NCBI GenBank assembly: GCA_024763075.1
Contig: JANTGF010000008.1
Location: 15,531-79,530 of the forward strand
Source: Bacteroidales bacterium
Lineage (GTDB): Bacteria; Bacteroidota; Bacteroidia; Bacteroidales; VadinHA17
Length of the DNA: 64,000 nucleotides
Direction: 5' to 3'
A model generated the notes under the pieces. The model was not told the origin of the DNA. It searched no databases and saw only the letters and a list, made by a program, of their open reading frames with translations. The number at the start of each line of letters is the position of its first letter. The first letter of the stretch is position 1. Of the stretch, positions 48,270-57,636 are shown piece by piece. The position numbers and the translations under genes are program-made.

Positions 48270-49268
48270 ATGAAAAACATATTACTAATAACAGCATTTT
48301 TCACTTATTCTTTCATTTCCTTTAATATACAATCTCAAACAGAAAGTAATATTACTTACCCTGATATTAGTTCCCTAAAAACATTTGGAACTATGGGAAA
48401 GGAGCAGCGTGTTCTAAAAAAAGAAACAGAAACTGAATTGTATAATTATAATGGTAAAGGTTGCCTCACACACATGTGGTTTGGGGGTAGCTTTAAAGGG
48501 GTTGAATATACTGATATCCGTATTTATGTAGATGGAGAGACAAAAGCCTCTATTGACATGGAATTATTTCTTGGTCATGGTATTGGTTTCGGAGACAATT
48601 ATGCACCCTGGGGAACAGAAAGAATGGGAAATATTGGGGGCAATAGTGGTATTTACAACAGCTATAAAATTCCATTTACGAAAAGTATAAGGATAACAGC
48701 ACAGCTTGCACCTAATGCCGATATCAATCCTCTGTTTTGGTGGATTATTAGAGGAACTGAGAATTACCCTGTAGTGTTTAATGGGGTGAAATTACCTGAT
48801 GAAGCACGGCTAAAACTCTATAAACTGGAAGATTATATAGCAGAGCCTCTGGAAGAATTTACTATGTGTGATATTAGTGGGGCAGGAATGTTATATCAGG
48901 TAACCATGCAGGCAAAAGGCTTAAGAAATACAAATAACTGGAAAGATCTCAGTTTTATGGAATCATGCGTAAGGGCGTATATGGAAGGAGAAAAGGAGCC
49001 TTTGTTTTTATCATCCGGTTTAGAAGATTATTTTCTGGGAACCTATTATTTCAATAAAGGCAGATATGCAAATATGTTGGCCGGTTTAACACATTTCAAT
49101 AAAGCGAAAAACGAATTTTCAGCCTATCGGCTGCACGAAGAAGATCCTGTTTTTTTTCAGAATGGTTTAAAGCTTACAAACCGTTGCGGTGAAAAAATTG
49201 GGGATAAAGTATTTCACGATCCCCCAAAAACCAGATATACTACTTATGTTTGGGTATATGAATGGTGA
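48270..49268 (+). CDS. DUF2961 / GH172-like glycoside hydrolase
   Basis: Signal peptide. NGKGCLTHMWFGG...IRIYVDGE...SIDM.LF.G.G...Y.S.KIPF.KSIRI fits the DUF2961 jelly-roll pattern. Confidence 0.6.
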   Translation: MKNILLITAFFTYSFISFNIQSQTESNITYPDISSLKTFGTMGKEQRVLKKETETELYNYNGKGCLTHMWFGGSFKGVEYTDIRIYVDGETKASIDMELFLGHGIGFGDNYAPWGTERMGNIGGNSGIYNSYKIPFTKSIRITAQLAPNADINPLFWWIIRGTENYPVVFNGVKLPDEARLKLYKLEDYIAEPLEEFTMCDISGAGMLYQVTMQAKGLRNTNNWKDLSFMESCVRAYMEGEKEPLFLSSGLEDYFLGTYYFNKGRYANMLAGLTHFNKAKNEFSAYRLHEEDPVFFQNGLKLTNRCGEKIGDKVFHDPPKTRYTTYVWVYEW

Positions 49269-49416
49269 ATTGAGTGCTAATTGTTAAGAGTTGAGTACAA
49301 AGTGCTGTGTGTTAAGCCATTGCTTCTATTTTTTAAACTACTCATTATAAACACTTTAACTCTTATTGCTTTTGGGTATTTAAGTACTTCAGACATTTTA
49401 TAAACGAATATATGGA

Positions 49417-50436
49417 ATGATGATAAAAATGAAGAAAGAAATAAAAAGGAAATACCAAACAACAGTTTTTACGTTTTGGATATTCACTAGTTTCTCTATG
49501 GCATCCGGCACAATACTAAAAACAGATGATATCAGGATCCGTGATCCGTTTATTTATGCTGATATTCAGAGTAAAACCTACTACATGTATGCTCAGGCAG
49601 CAAATCGAAAGGGAAGCGGCTTTACCGGCGTCGAAGTTTATGCAAGTAAAGACTTGAAACACTGGGACAAACCACATCCTGTCCTGATTTTACCTGAAGA
49701 TGCAGGCATTCAGGCTGTATGGGCACCAGAAGTGCATGAATATGAGGGCAATTTTTATCTTTTCGTCACCCTGACATACGAGGAGAAACTGAAGGAAAAG
49801 AAGCCGGTAAACAAAAAAAGCTGGCCTGAAATGCATATCCGTGGAACCCATATTTTTTACGCAGATAATCCATTGGGGCCTTTCAAACCATTCAAAGAAA
49901 CATCTCATACACCTGAAGGATGGATGGCACTGGATGGCACTCTTTATGTAGAGGATGGTTTACCCTATATGGTCTTTTGTCATGAATGGGTTCAAACAAT
50001 AGATGGAAGCATAGATTATATTCGTCTGAGTGAGGATCTCTCCGAAACAATTGGGAAACCTTCTCTTATGTTCAGGGCTTCAGGTGCTCCTGGTGCAATT
50101 CAGTCAACAACAAACGGGAAGGTGACTGACGGATGTTTCCTCTACAGAAGTACAATAAGTAATCGCCTGTTTATAATATGGTCCACTTTTATTCCCGGAA
50201 ATGGATATTGTGTTCTCCTCTCCCATTCTGAATCCGGTAAAATCAATGGTCCAAGGAAGGAGCAGAAAATTATCTTTAGTCAAAATGGCGGGCATGGTAT
50301 GATATTCAGAACATTTGAAGATAGTTTAATGCTTGCGCTCCATCAGCCAAACACCAATGGTAAAGAACGATTACACCTGTTTTATTTAACAGATAATGGA
50401 AAAGATCTTGTAGTTAGCGGGGAAGCAGAGTTGTAA
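49417..50436 (+). CDS. Glycoside hydrolase family 43 (arabinofuranosidase/arabinanase-type five-bladed propeller)
   Basis: IRDPFIYAD...TYYMY (catalytic Asp blade 1), WAPEVHEYEGNFYLF, DG.LYVEDG.PYMVF, DG...EG-type later blades. 339 aa with signal peptide. Confidence 0.85.
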   Translation: MMIKMKKEIKRKYQTTVFTFWIFTSFSMASGTILKTDDIRIRDPFIYADIQSKTYYMYAQAANRKGSGFTGVEVYASKDLKHWDKPHPVLILPEDAGIQAVWAPEVHEYEGNFYLFVTLTYEEKLKEKKPVNKKSWPEMHIRGTHIFYADNPLGPFKPFKETSHTPEGWMALDGTLYVEDGLPYMVFCHEWVQTIDGSIDYIRLSEDLSETIGKPSLMFRASGAPGAIQSTTNGKVTDGCFLYRSTISNRLFIIWSTFIPGNGYCVLLSHSESGKINGPRKEQKIIFSQNGGHGMIFRTFEDSLMLALHQPNTNGKERLHLFYLTDNGKDLVVSGEAEL

Positions 50437-50604
50437 GAATGGTATTTGCGTAAATTAATTATTCAATTATTTAAAATCACTTTGCATGTTTTTGCAATTA
50501 ATTTCATAAAGCCCTCTTCCCTTTTAAAACTGATGATTTACGACAATATTAAAACAAGATCAACCTTGTTTATTTTTATTTAATCTAAATAATAGAAAGT
50601 AAAT

Positions 50605-50620
50605 TATTTTTGTATTTTTG
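50605..50620 (+). promoter_or_regulatory. Tandem duplicated -7-type boxes TATTTTTG TATTTTTG upstream of the RND operon
   Basis: Two adjacent exact TAnnTTTG matches (50605-50612 and 50613-50620), about 125 nt upstream of ATG 50743. Confidence 0.35.
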
Positions 50621-50742
50621 CAGAAATATCGAATTGAATATTTTTAGATTATTATAGGCATTGAATAAAAATATATTTTGGCTGGAATATTCTCAAATAA
50701 GCAATTGTCTAACCATTTTAGGATTATAAAATCGATCGAATA

Positions 50743-51954
50743 ATGAAGAAAATAGATAGAAGAATTATTATAGTTGTAACGTTTATTTTTATTTTGGGGC
50801 TCTCCTGGGGGTTGATGAAATATCTGATATCATTAAAAAAAGCTCCTCCCATGCGACTTGCAATAGAGGCAAGAAGATATGTAAAAGCCGATACAGTTAA
50901 TTACAAAACTATTTTCTCTCCGGTATCAGCTCCCGGGCGTTTGTCCTCTGTGGCCAAGGTAGTTTTGGTTGCCGAGGCTTCAGGAAAAATAATACAGGGG
51001 AACATTCCTTTAAAAGTTGCATCCGGATTTAATAAAGGGGATAAGCTTTTTGAAATCTACCCGGATGAAGCAGAGCTGGCATTAAAAGCCCGGAAAAGCC
51101 AATATCTTAATATCCTGGCCAATATCATTCCGGATATCCGGCTCGACTTCCCTGAAAAAGAGCAGGAATTCACAGAATTTCTGTCATCTATCAACCTGGA
51201 TAAGCCCTTACCTCCTTTTCCCAAAATAAAAAATGAGAAAATGCGGATATTCCTGACAACACGGAGTGTACTGAGTGAATATTACAATATTCGTAAAGAC
51301 GAACTTAAACTCAAACGTCATACAATAAGGGCTCCTTTTGATGGTACATACACCCAGGTTTACCTTGAGGCCGGTGCTTATACAAATACAGGTGGAAAAG
51401 TAGCAGAAATTATTAACACAAATGACCTGGAACTGGAAGTACCGCTGAAACGTTTCGATGCACAGTGGGTAAAAATAGGGGATCATGTAACTGTGAAATC
51501 TTCAGGACGCCAAATGGAATGGACAGGTAAAGTGATCCGTAAAAGCCAGTTTGTGGATGAAAATACACAATCCCAGACAATTTTTGTAAAACTGAATAAT
51601 CACCGCTCAAAGAATGCTTTTCTTAGTGGAGAATATCTTATGGCTTATTTTTCGGGTCGGCCCATTGATAATGTAATGGAAATTCCACGCAATTGTGTTT
51701 TCAACACTAACGAAGTTTTTATTATTGTGAACGGAAGACTTGAAAAAAGAAGTATAAATATCATTAAACTGAATGAAAAGACATTGATTTTTAATGGGCT
51801 TGACAAAGATGAAATTATTGTTATTCAACCATTGATTAATGTACTTGAAGGCAGTAAGGTAGAAATACAGGGAGTTGCCCCTCCGGATGGACAAAAACAA
51901 AGCAGGAATACTGTAAAGAAGAAAGACAAACAGGGTAAACCAGTTAAAAAGTAA
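50743..51954 (+). CDS. RND efflux periplasmic adaptor (membrane fusion protein, HlyD-like)
   Basis: N-terminal TM anchor, lipoyl/beta-barrel pattern (IRAPFDGTYTQVYLEAGAYT), 403 aa, ending 2 nt before the permease gene. Confidence 0.85.
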   Translation: MKKIDRRIIIVVTFIFILGLSWGLMKYLISLKKAPPMRLAIEARRYVKADTVNYKTIFSPVSAPGRLSSVAKVVLVAEASGKIIQGNIPLKVASGFNKGDKLFEIYPDEAELALKARKSQYLNILANIIPDIRLDFPEKEQEFTEFLSSINLDKPLPPFPKIKNEKMRIFLTTRSVLSEYYNIRKDELKLKRHTIRAPFDGTYTQVYLEAGAYTNTGGKVAEIINTNDLELEVPLKRFDAQWVKIGDHVTVKSSGRQMEWTGKVIRKSQFVDENTQSQTIFVKLNNHRSKNAFLSGEYLMAYFSGRPIDNVMEIPRNCVFNTNEVFIIVNGRLEKRSINIIKLNEKTLIFNGLDKDEIIVIQPLINVLEGSKVEIQGVAPPDGQKQSRNTVKKKDKQGKPVKK

Positions 51955-51956
51955 GC

Positions 51957-54900
51957 ATGAGAAAGATCATTGAAAAATTTGTTGAGTATCCAATCTACGC
52001 AAATCTGATTATTGCTGTGGTCATTCTGGCTGGTGGCTTTAGTTATATTTCTATGAAAAAAGCATTTTTCCCGGAAACCAAAAGCAGGATGATCACTATT
52101 TCTGTTTTTTATCCGGGTGCATCTCCTGTTGAAATGGAGGAAGGTGTAACATCAAGAATTGAAGAAGCCATCAGGGGCTTGATAGGTATCAAGGAAATAA
52201 ATTCCACCTCTGTTGAAAACCGTGCTACAATAAGCATAGAAAGTACCGGCGAATACCCCATAGATGAAATACTTATTGAAGTTAAAAATGCAGTGGACGG
52301 CATTTCATCACTACCATCTGCAGCTGAGCGCCCCATTGTTGCAAAACAAAGATCCCGGGCAATGGCATTGTTTATGGATCTCACTGCAAATGACAATTCA
52401 GCTGTAGACTTAATGACACTTAAAAATTACGCCCAACGGATTGAAGAAGATTTTATTAATTCCGGAATCATTAGTCAGATATCAATCTCCGGATTTCCCC
52501 AACCCGAAATTTCCGTTGAGGTAAAGGAAGAAGCCTTGTTAAGGCACAATCTTACTTTTGAGATGTTGTCCAGAGCTATTCTTAGAAATAACCAGGATAT
52601 TTCCGGTGGACAGATTAAGTCGGATAATGAAGAACTTTTGATCAGGCTCAGGTCAAGAAGTACTGATCCTAATGATATTGGTAATATTATTTTAAGAGGT
52701 GAACCAGACGGTAGTTTTCTGCGGATACGCGATATTGCAGTAGTCAAAAAGAAATTCTCAGAAACTTCAAACAAAAGCTGGGTGAATGGAAATCCTTCTG
52801 TTTCATTGCGGATTGATAAACTTCCGGAAGAAGACCTTGAGGCCATTACTGATTATGCCCGGGAATATATGAAAGAGTTCAATGCCGAGGATCATGGGGT
52901 AAAACTTATCATGGCCAGAGCTTTTCTCGATATTTTACAAAGCCGGTTAAAACTATTGACAGATAATGGAATGATAGGAATTACTTTAATTATTATCTCC
53001 CTGTCATTGTTTCTTAGTATTCGTCTTTCCCTGTGGGTGGCCTGGGGCATTCCTTTCAGTTTTCTGGCAATGTTCATTTTTGCCAATATGTATGGGATTA
53101 CCATAAATATTATGTCTTTGTTTGGAATGATCCTGGTTATCGGAATCCTTGTGGATGACGGAATTGTGATTGCAGAAAATATTTATCTACATTTTGAAAA
53201 AGGGAAAAGTCCTATGAAAGCTGCCGTTGACGGCACTATGGAGGTTTTTCCGGCAGTGATTACTTCTGTTGCCACCACCATTGTAGCTTTTTCACCCTTA
53301 TTGTTTCTGGGGGGTACCCGAATGGAAATGATGATGGATATGGCCATTGTTGTTATTTCCAGTCTTTTATTTTCATTGTTTGAAGCATTTTTTGTTCTGC
53401 CTGCCCATCTTAGTAATCCAAAAGTACTAAGCCAGCGAAGCCTTGATGCACGTTATAAAGGCTTTAAAAAATATATGGAAGGATTTATTGTCTGGCTGCG
53501 TGACCGGATCTACCAGCATATGTTGATATGGTTGCTCAAATGGCGCCATGCTGTCATTGCTATACCTGTTGCTCTGTTACTTATTACAGCAGGATTATTT
53601 TTTGGTGGTCATATAAAAAGCACCTTTTTCCCCATGGTTGATTTTGACAGATTTGAAATAAATGTGGCGTTTACTCCGGGTGACGGTGAAAAACAAACCT
53701 TAGATTTTCTTAACCGATTTGAGGATGCAATATGGTCTGTAAATGAGGATTTGAAGGATCAGCTTGGTGAAGACCAGGATATTATTGAACGTGTAAATAT
53801 TAATCTTGGAAGATCTTTTAGTGGTCAGGAGTCCGGGGCTCATGCGGGAACAATTAGTGTATTTCCACGGGATTTGGAAGGACTTCCTTTAACCGGACAT
53901 GGAATTGCAAACATGGTACGGAAAAAAATTGGTCCTGTACCTGAAGCCAGGAAGTTTACGGTGGGTGGCAGAAACCGTTGGGGATCTCCCGTATCGATCG
54001 GATTGATGTCAAAAAACCTGAAAGAACTTGAGGCTGCAAAAAATTACCTTATGGATCGTCTTGAAGAACTTCCGGCACTAAAAGACATCAATGAAAATAT
54101 TGCCCTTGGAAAGCAGGAAGTAAGACTTAAATTAAAGCCCAAAGCCTATTTCCTGGGATTGGATGAGGCCGCCATAGCCACACAGGTACGACATGGGTTT
54201 TATGGTGGACAGGCACAGCGGCTTCAGGAAGGAAGAGATGAACTCAGGGTATGGGTTCGCTATCCTCAGTCCGACAGATTAACTCTGGGCCAGCTGGAAA
54301 GAATGAAAATAAAGACACCTTCCGGTGAATATCCTCTGATTGTACTGGCTGATTATGATCTGGAAAGAGGCCCTGTTGCTATAAAACGATTTAACGGAAA
54401 TCGTGAAATCAGAGTGGAGGCAGAAACCGTTGATCCCTTTGCATCTGTTCCTGATATTCTGAATCAGATCAGTACGAAGATCATGCCTTCTCTGCTCTCT
54501 CAGTATTCCGGTATTACATATACCTATCAGGGACAGCAAAAAGCAAGTAATGAAGCCATGAGTAAAATCATCCGCTATTTTAGTATTGCATTTATTATTA
54601 TCATATTAATCATGGTATTACATTTTAAAAGTTTTAACCAGACCCTAATCATTATAATGATGATTCCCTTGTCTATGCTTGGAGTATTCTGGGGACATGG
54701 AATCCATGGAAAACCTCTCTCCTTAATGAGTCTTTGGGGTATTGTTGCTTTAACGGGAGTAATTATTAATGATGCCATCGTTTTTCTGGCAAAATATGAT
54801 GGATTATTACTTCAAGGGAGAAAAGTAAAAGAAGCTATTGTGGAAGCAGGTATGACAAGACTCAGACCAATTTTATTAACAACAATTACCACAACCATTG

Positions 54901-55154
54901 GTATGTTCCCCATCATACTGGAGAAAAGTGTACAAGCACAATTTTTAATCCCAATGGCAATTAGTTTGGCATATGGTGTAGCCATTGGAACCATTTTTAT
55001 ATTGATTTTCTTCCCTGTTCTCATCATGTTACTCAACGATTCACGGGTTTACCTGAAACATATCTGGACCGGTATAAAACCGGCACGGGAAGACGTGGAA
55101 ATCGCAGTTATACATAACAAGCGAAAACTTAAATACGAAAGTGATCAAGATTAG
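51957..55154 (+). CDS. RND efflux permease (AcrB/AcrD/AcrF family)
   Basis: 1065 aa with 12 TM in a 1+5/1+5 arrangement and two large periplasmic loops. Typical GILVDDGIVI.ENI and GVIINDAIVF motifs. Confidence 0.95.
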   Translation: MRKIIEKFVEYPIYANLIIAVVILAGGFSYISMKKAFFPETKSRMITISVFYPGASPVEMEEGVTSRIEEAIRGLIGIKEINSTSVENRATISIESTGEYPIDEILIEVKNAVDGISSLPSAAERPIVAKQRSRAMALFMDLTANDNSAVDLMTLKNYAQRIEEDFINSGIISQISISGFPQPEISVEVKEEALLRHNLTFEMLSRAILRNNQDISGGQIKSDNEELLIRLRSRSTDPNDIGNIILRGEPDGSFLRIRDIAVVKKKFSETSNKSWVNGNPSVSLRIDKLPEEDLEAITDYAREYMKEFNAEDHGVKLIMARAFLDILQSRLKLLTDNGMIGITLIIISLSLFLSIRLSLWVAWGIPFSFLAMFIFANMYGITINIMSLFGMILVIGILVDDGIVIAENIYLHFEKGKSPMKAAVDGTMEVFPAVITSVATTIVAFSPLLFLGGTRMEMMMDMAIVVISSLLFSLFEAFFVLPAHLSNPKVLSQRSLDARYKGFKKYMEGFIVWLRDRIYQHMLIWLLKWRHAVIAIPVALLLITAGLFFGGHIKSTFFPMVDFDRFEINVAFTPGDGEKQTLDFLNRFEDAIWSVNEDLKDQLGEDQDIIERVNINLGRSFSGQESGAHAGTISVFPRDLEGLPLTGHGIANMVRKKIGPVPEARKFTVGGRNRWGSPVSIGLMSKNLKELEAAKNYLMDRLEELPALKDINENIALGKQEVRLKLKPKAYFLGLDEAAIATQVRHGFYGGQAQRLQEGRDELRVWVRYPQSDRLTLGQLERMKIKTPSGEYPLIVLADYDLERGPVAIKRFNGNREIRVEAETVDPFASVPDILNQISTKIMPSLLSQYSGITYTYQGQQKASNEAMSKIIRYFSIAFIIIILIMVLHFKSFNQTLIIIMMIPLSMLGVFWGHGIHGKPLSLMSLWGIVALTGVIINDAIVFLAKYDGLLLQGRKVKEAIVEAGMTRLRPILLTTITTTIGMFPIILEKSVQAQFLIPMAISLAYGVAIGTIFILIFFPVLIMLLNDSRVYLKHIWTGIKPAREDVEIAVIHNKRKLKYESDQD

Positions 55155-55201
55155 GATATTGATTATCAGCAATATATTTAATTATTAAGAAATTATTCCA
55201 A

Positions 55202-56506
55202 ATGAACATTTACCATATAAAAATAATGCTCCTGTTTATTCTTGTTTATTTGTCCGGTCTATTTGTCCAGGCACAGGAAGAGGACTTATCCCTTTCTTTG
55301 TCCCTGGAAAAAGCCATGGAAAACAACTATGGGATTATCATTTCCAGGTCAGAAACAGAAATTGCTGGAATTAACAATGACTGGGGTATTGCTGGCAGGT
55401 ATCCAATGATTGACTTTAGTGGAGGTTCATACAACAGTTATGATATGAATAATACAACTAACTTTTCCACAAACAGACTATCTGCTGGTGTTGGCTTAAG
55501 ATGGACTATTTTTGATGGTTTCAGGGTGAAGGTAACAAAGGATAAACTGGATCAACTGGAAAGTCTGGCAAAAGGCCGCCTGGCCGTGGTTGTTGAAACC
55601 ACCATTCAGGATGTGATCATGTCTTACTACAAGATACTTCTTCAGCAGGAACAACTAATTGTTTTAGAAAATGTTATGACTCTTTCAAAAGACCGGTACG
55701 ATTATGAACAATCGCGGTATGATTTGGGTACCACGGCAAGTTATAATGTTCTTCAGGCAAAAAATGTTTACCTGAATGATAAAGCTCTGTTTATGAATCA
55801 GGAAATGGTGGTCAGAAATTCTGTCCGGAATTTTAATTTTCTTATTGGAGAGGAACCTGCCAACACGTGGAGATTTACAGAAGAATTTAAAGCAGGAAGT
55901 AAGGAATACAAGCTGAGTGACCTTCTTGATAAAATGATGGTAAGTAATCAGACCCTGCAAAACCAATATGCAAACCTGGTTCTTCAGCAAAACGAAATCA
56001 GATTAAAAAAGAGCAGCTTCTATCCTTCCCTGGATATCTCTGCAGGTATGAGAGATGACTGGATACGAGTTAACAGAGATGGTTCAGATCCCTCTGCTGG
56101 CAACGGACTAAACAGCTATGGTAATGTTTTGTTTTCCTACTCTATATATACAGGTGGAACCCGTAAAAGAGCCATTGAGGTTGCCCGGGTCAATGAAGAA
56201 ATTGCCTCCATTCAGATTGACCAAATGAAACAAAGTCTGACCAACCAGCTGATGAACATATATGATTTCCACCAGGTTAGAATTGCTCTGCTTGAAGTTG
56301 CAAATGAAAGCCTTGAGGCAGCAGAACTAAACATGAATATTGCCGGAGAGAAATTTCGTTCCGGTGCAATTAATTCATTTAATTACAGGGATATCCAGCT
56401 GATCTATCTTAATGCTGCCATCCGTAGGCTGAATGCTGTTTATGATGTAATTGATTCACGGACGAATCTCACCCGGCTGATAGGTGGGTTTATTACAGAA
56501 AATTAG
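55202..56506 (+). CDS. TolC-family outer-membrane efflux channel
   Basis: 434 aa, signal peptide, two-fold repeat of the OEP pattern (LSLE.A...A..NN; Y.....L..A...L....G). Confidence 0.85.
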   Translation: MNIYHIKIMLLFILVYLSGLFVQAQEEDLSLSLSLEKAMENNYGIIISRSETEIAGINNDWGIAGRYPMIDFSGGSYNSYDMNNTTNFSTNRLSAGVGLRWTIFDGFRVKVTKDKLDQLESLAKGRLAVVVETTIQDVIMSYYKILLQQEQLIVLENVMTLSKDRYDYEQSRYDLGTTASYNVLQAKNVYLNDKALFMNQEMVVRNSVRNFNFLIGEEPANTWRFTEEFKAGSKEYKLSDLLDKMMVSNQTLQNQYANLVLQQNEIRLKKSSFYPSLDISAGMRDDWIRVNRDGSDPSAGNGLNSYGNVLFSYSIYTGGTRKRAIEVARVNEEIASIQIDQMKQSLTNQLMNIYDFHQVRIALLEVANESLEAAELNMNIAGEKFRSGAINSFNYRDIQLIYLNAAIRRLNAVYDVIDSRTNLTRLIGGFITEN

Positions 56507-56553
56507 AATTTGCTAAAATGAAACGGGATTTTAGACCTAATAAATATTAAATT

Positions 56554-57633
56554 TTATTTCTCCCGTTCTCTCAGAAACCGGATCAGACTTTCCGGATTAT
56601 CCGTTTGAATGCCGTCGGTTCCCCAGTTTAGAATTTTTGTCCATTCAGCCACCGTACCCTTCTTATCATCTGTAAAAACCATTACACTGTTCTTATGAGC
56701 AATTCTCACGTAATCCTCACTCAACTCTCCCATATCCGTAGAAATTACACGAGGATGAACGAGCTCAATCACTTTTTCAATATTTTTTGCAGGTCCAGGG
56801 TCGGGCATAGGTACACATTTATAACAATTGCTTTTTACAAGCATAATTGCATCCATATATAAAGCCGGAATGTACCATACAATATCCCGTTCCATGTTAT
56901 AGCGTTTAATAATGGAAACCAGCTCTTCTACATTGGGTTCTTTCAGATCCAGATAAATACCAATCTGACCTCTGCAAAGCTGTAATATCTCTTCAAAAGT
57001 TGGTATTCGTTCATTTTCCCAGGAAGGCCCGACACGATTCCCGATGTTCATCTGCTTCAGTTCTGCCAATGTAAAATCACTAACCCGGCCTGATTTCCCA
57101 TCTACATAAGCATCAATAGTAGCATTATGAACACTTACATACCGTCCGTCTCTGGTTCTTCTCACATCGATTTCAACAAAGTCACATCCCAGTTCAATTG
57201 CCTTCCTATATGCAGCAAGTGTATTTTCGGGAATTCCAATATGGGCACCACGGTGAGCAATTACATATGCTTTCCCATTCCTTGGTTTTGGAAAAGAGTC
57301 TTTTTCTACCCGCATAACTATTCGGTCCATCAAACTTACATGTACTGCGGAGGAATAACTCCGTTCATTATGAGGTACTTTCAAATGCCCTATTATCTCC
57401 CTTTCTAAAACATTGTCAAAGGCAGTCCATGATTCCAGTTTTGATTCACATATATTGTCATCATCCATCGCTTCATGCCATCCGGTTTTAGATGGCATAT
57501 AATTAAATCTTTCCTGAGCAATTGTATTTTTTTGAGAATGGGAAACAACAAGAATTGTAAGGATCAGGATTGATCTTTTTGCAAATCCGGATTTTTTCAT
57601 TTTCATATTTGTTAAAAACCACTTTAAACTCAT
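56554..57633 (-). CDS. Glycerophosphodiester phosphodiesterase (GDPD) family protein, secreted
   Basis: VIAHRGAH.GIPENTLAAY..A.ELG.DFVEIDVR.T.DG is the GDPD signature. The start is ambiguous (ATG at 57633, 57606 or 57600). Confidence 0.8.
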   Translation of the reverse strand: MSLKWFLTNMKMKKSGFAKRSILILTILVVSHSQKNTIAQERFNYMPSKTGWHEAMDDDNICESKLESWTAFDNVLEREIIGHLKVPHNERSYSSAVHVSLMDRIVMRVEKDSFPKPRNGKAYVIAHRGAHIGIPENTLAAYRKAIELGCDFVEIDVRRTRDGRYVSVHNATIDAYVDGKSGRVSDFTLAELKQMNIGNRVGPSWENERIPTFEEILQLCRGQIGIYLDLKEPNVEELVSIIKRYNMERDIVWYIPALYMDAIMLVKSNCYKCVPMPDPGPAKNIEKVIELVHPRVISTDMGELSEDYVRIAHKNSVMVFTDDKKGTVAEWTKILNWGTDGIQTDNPESLIRFLREREK

Positions 57634-57636
57634 AAA

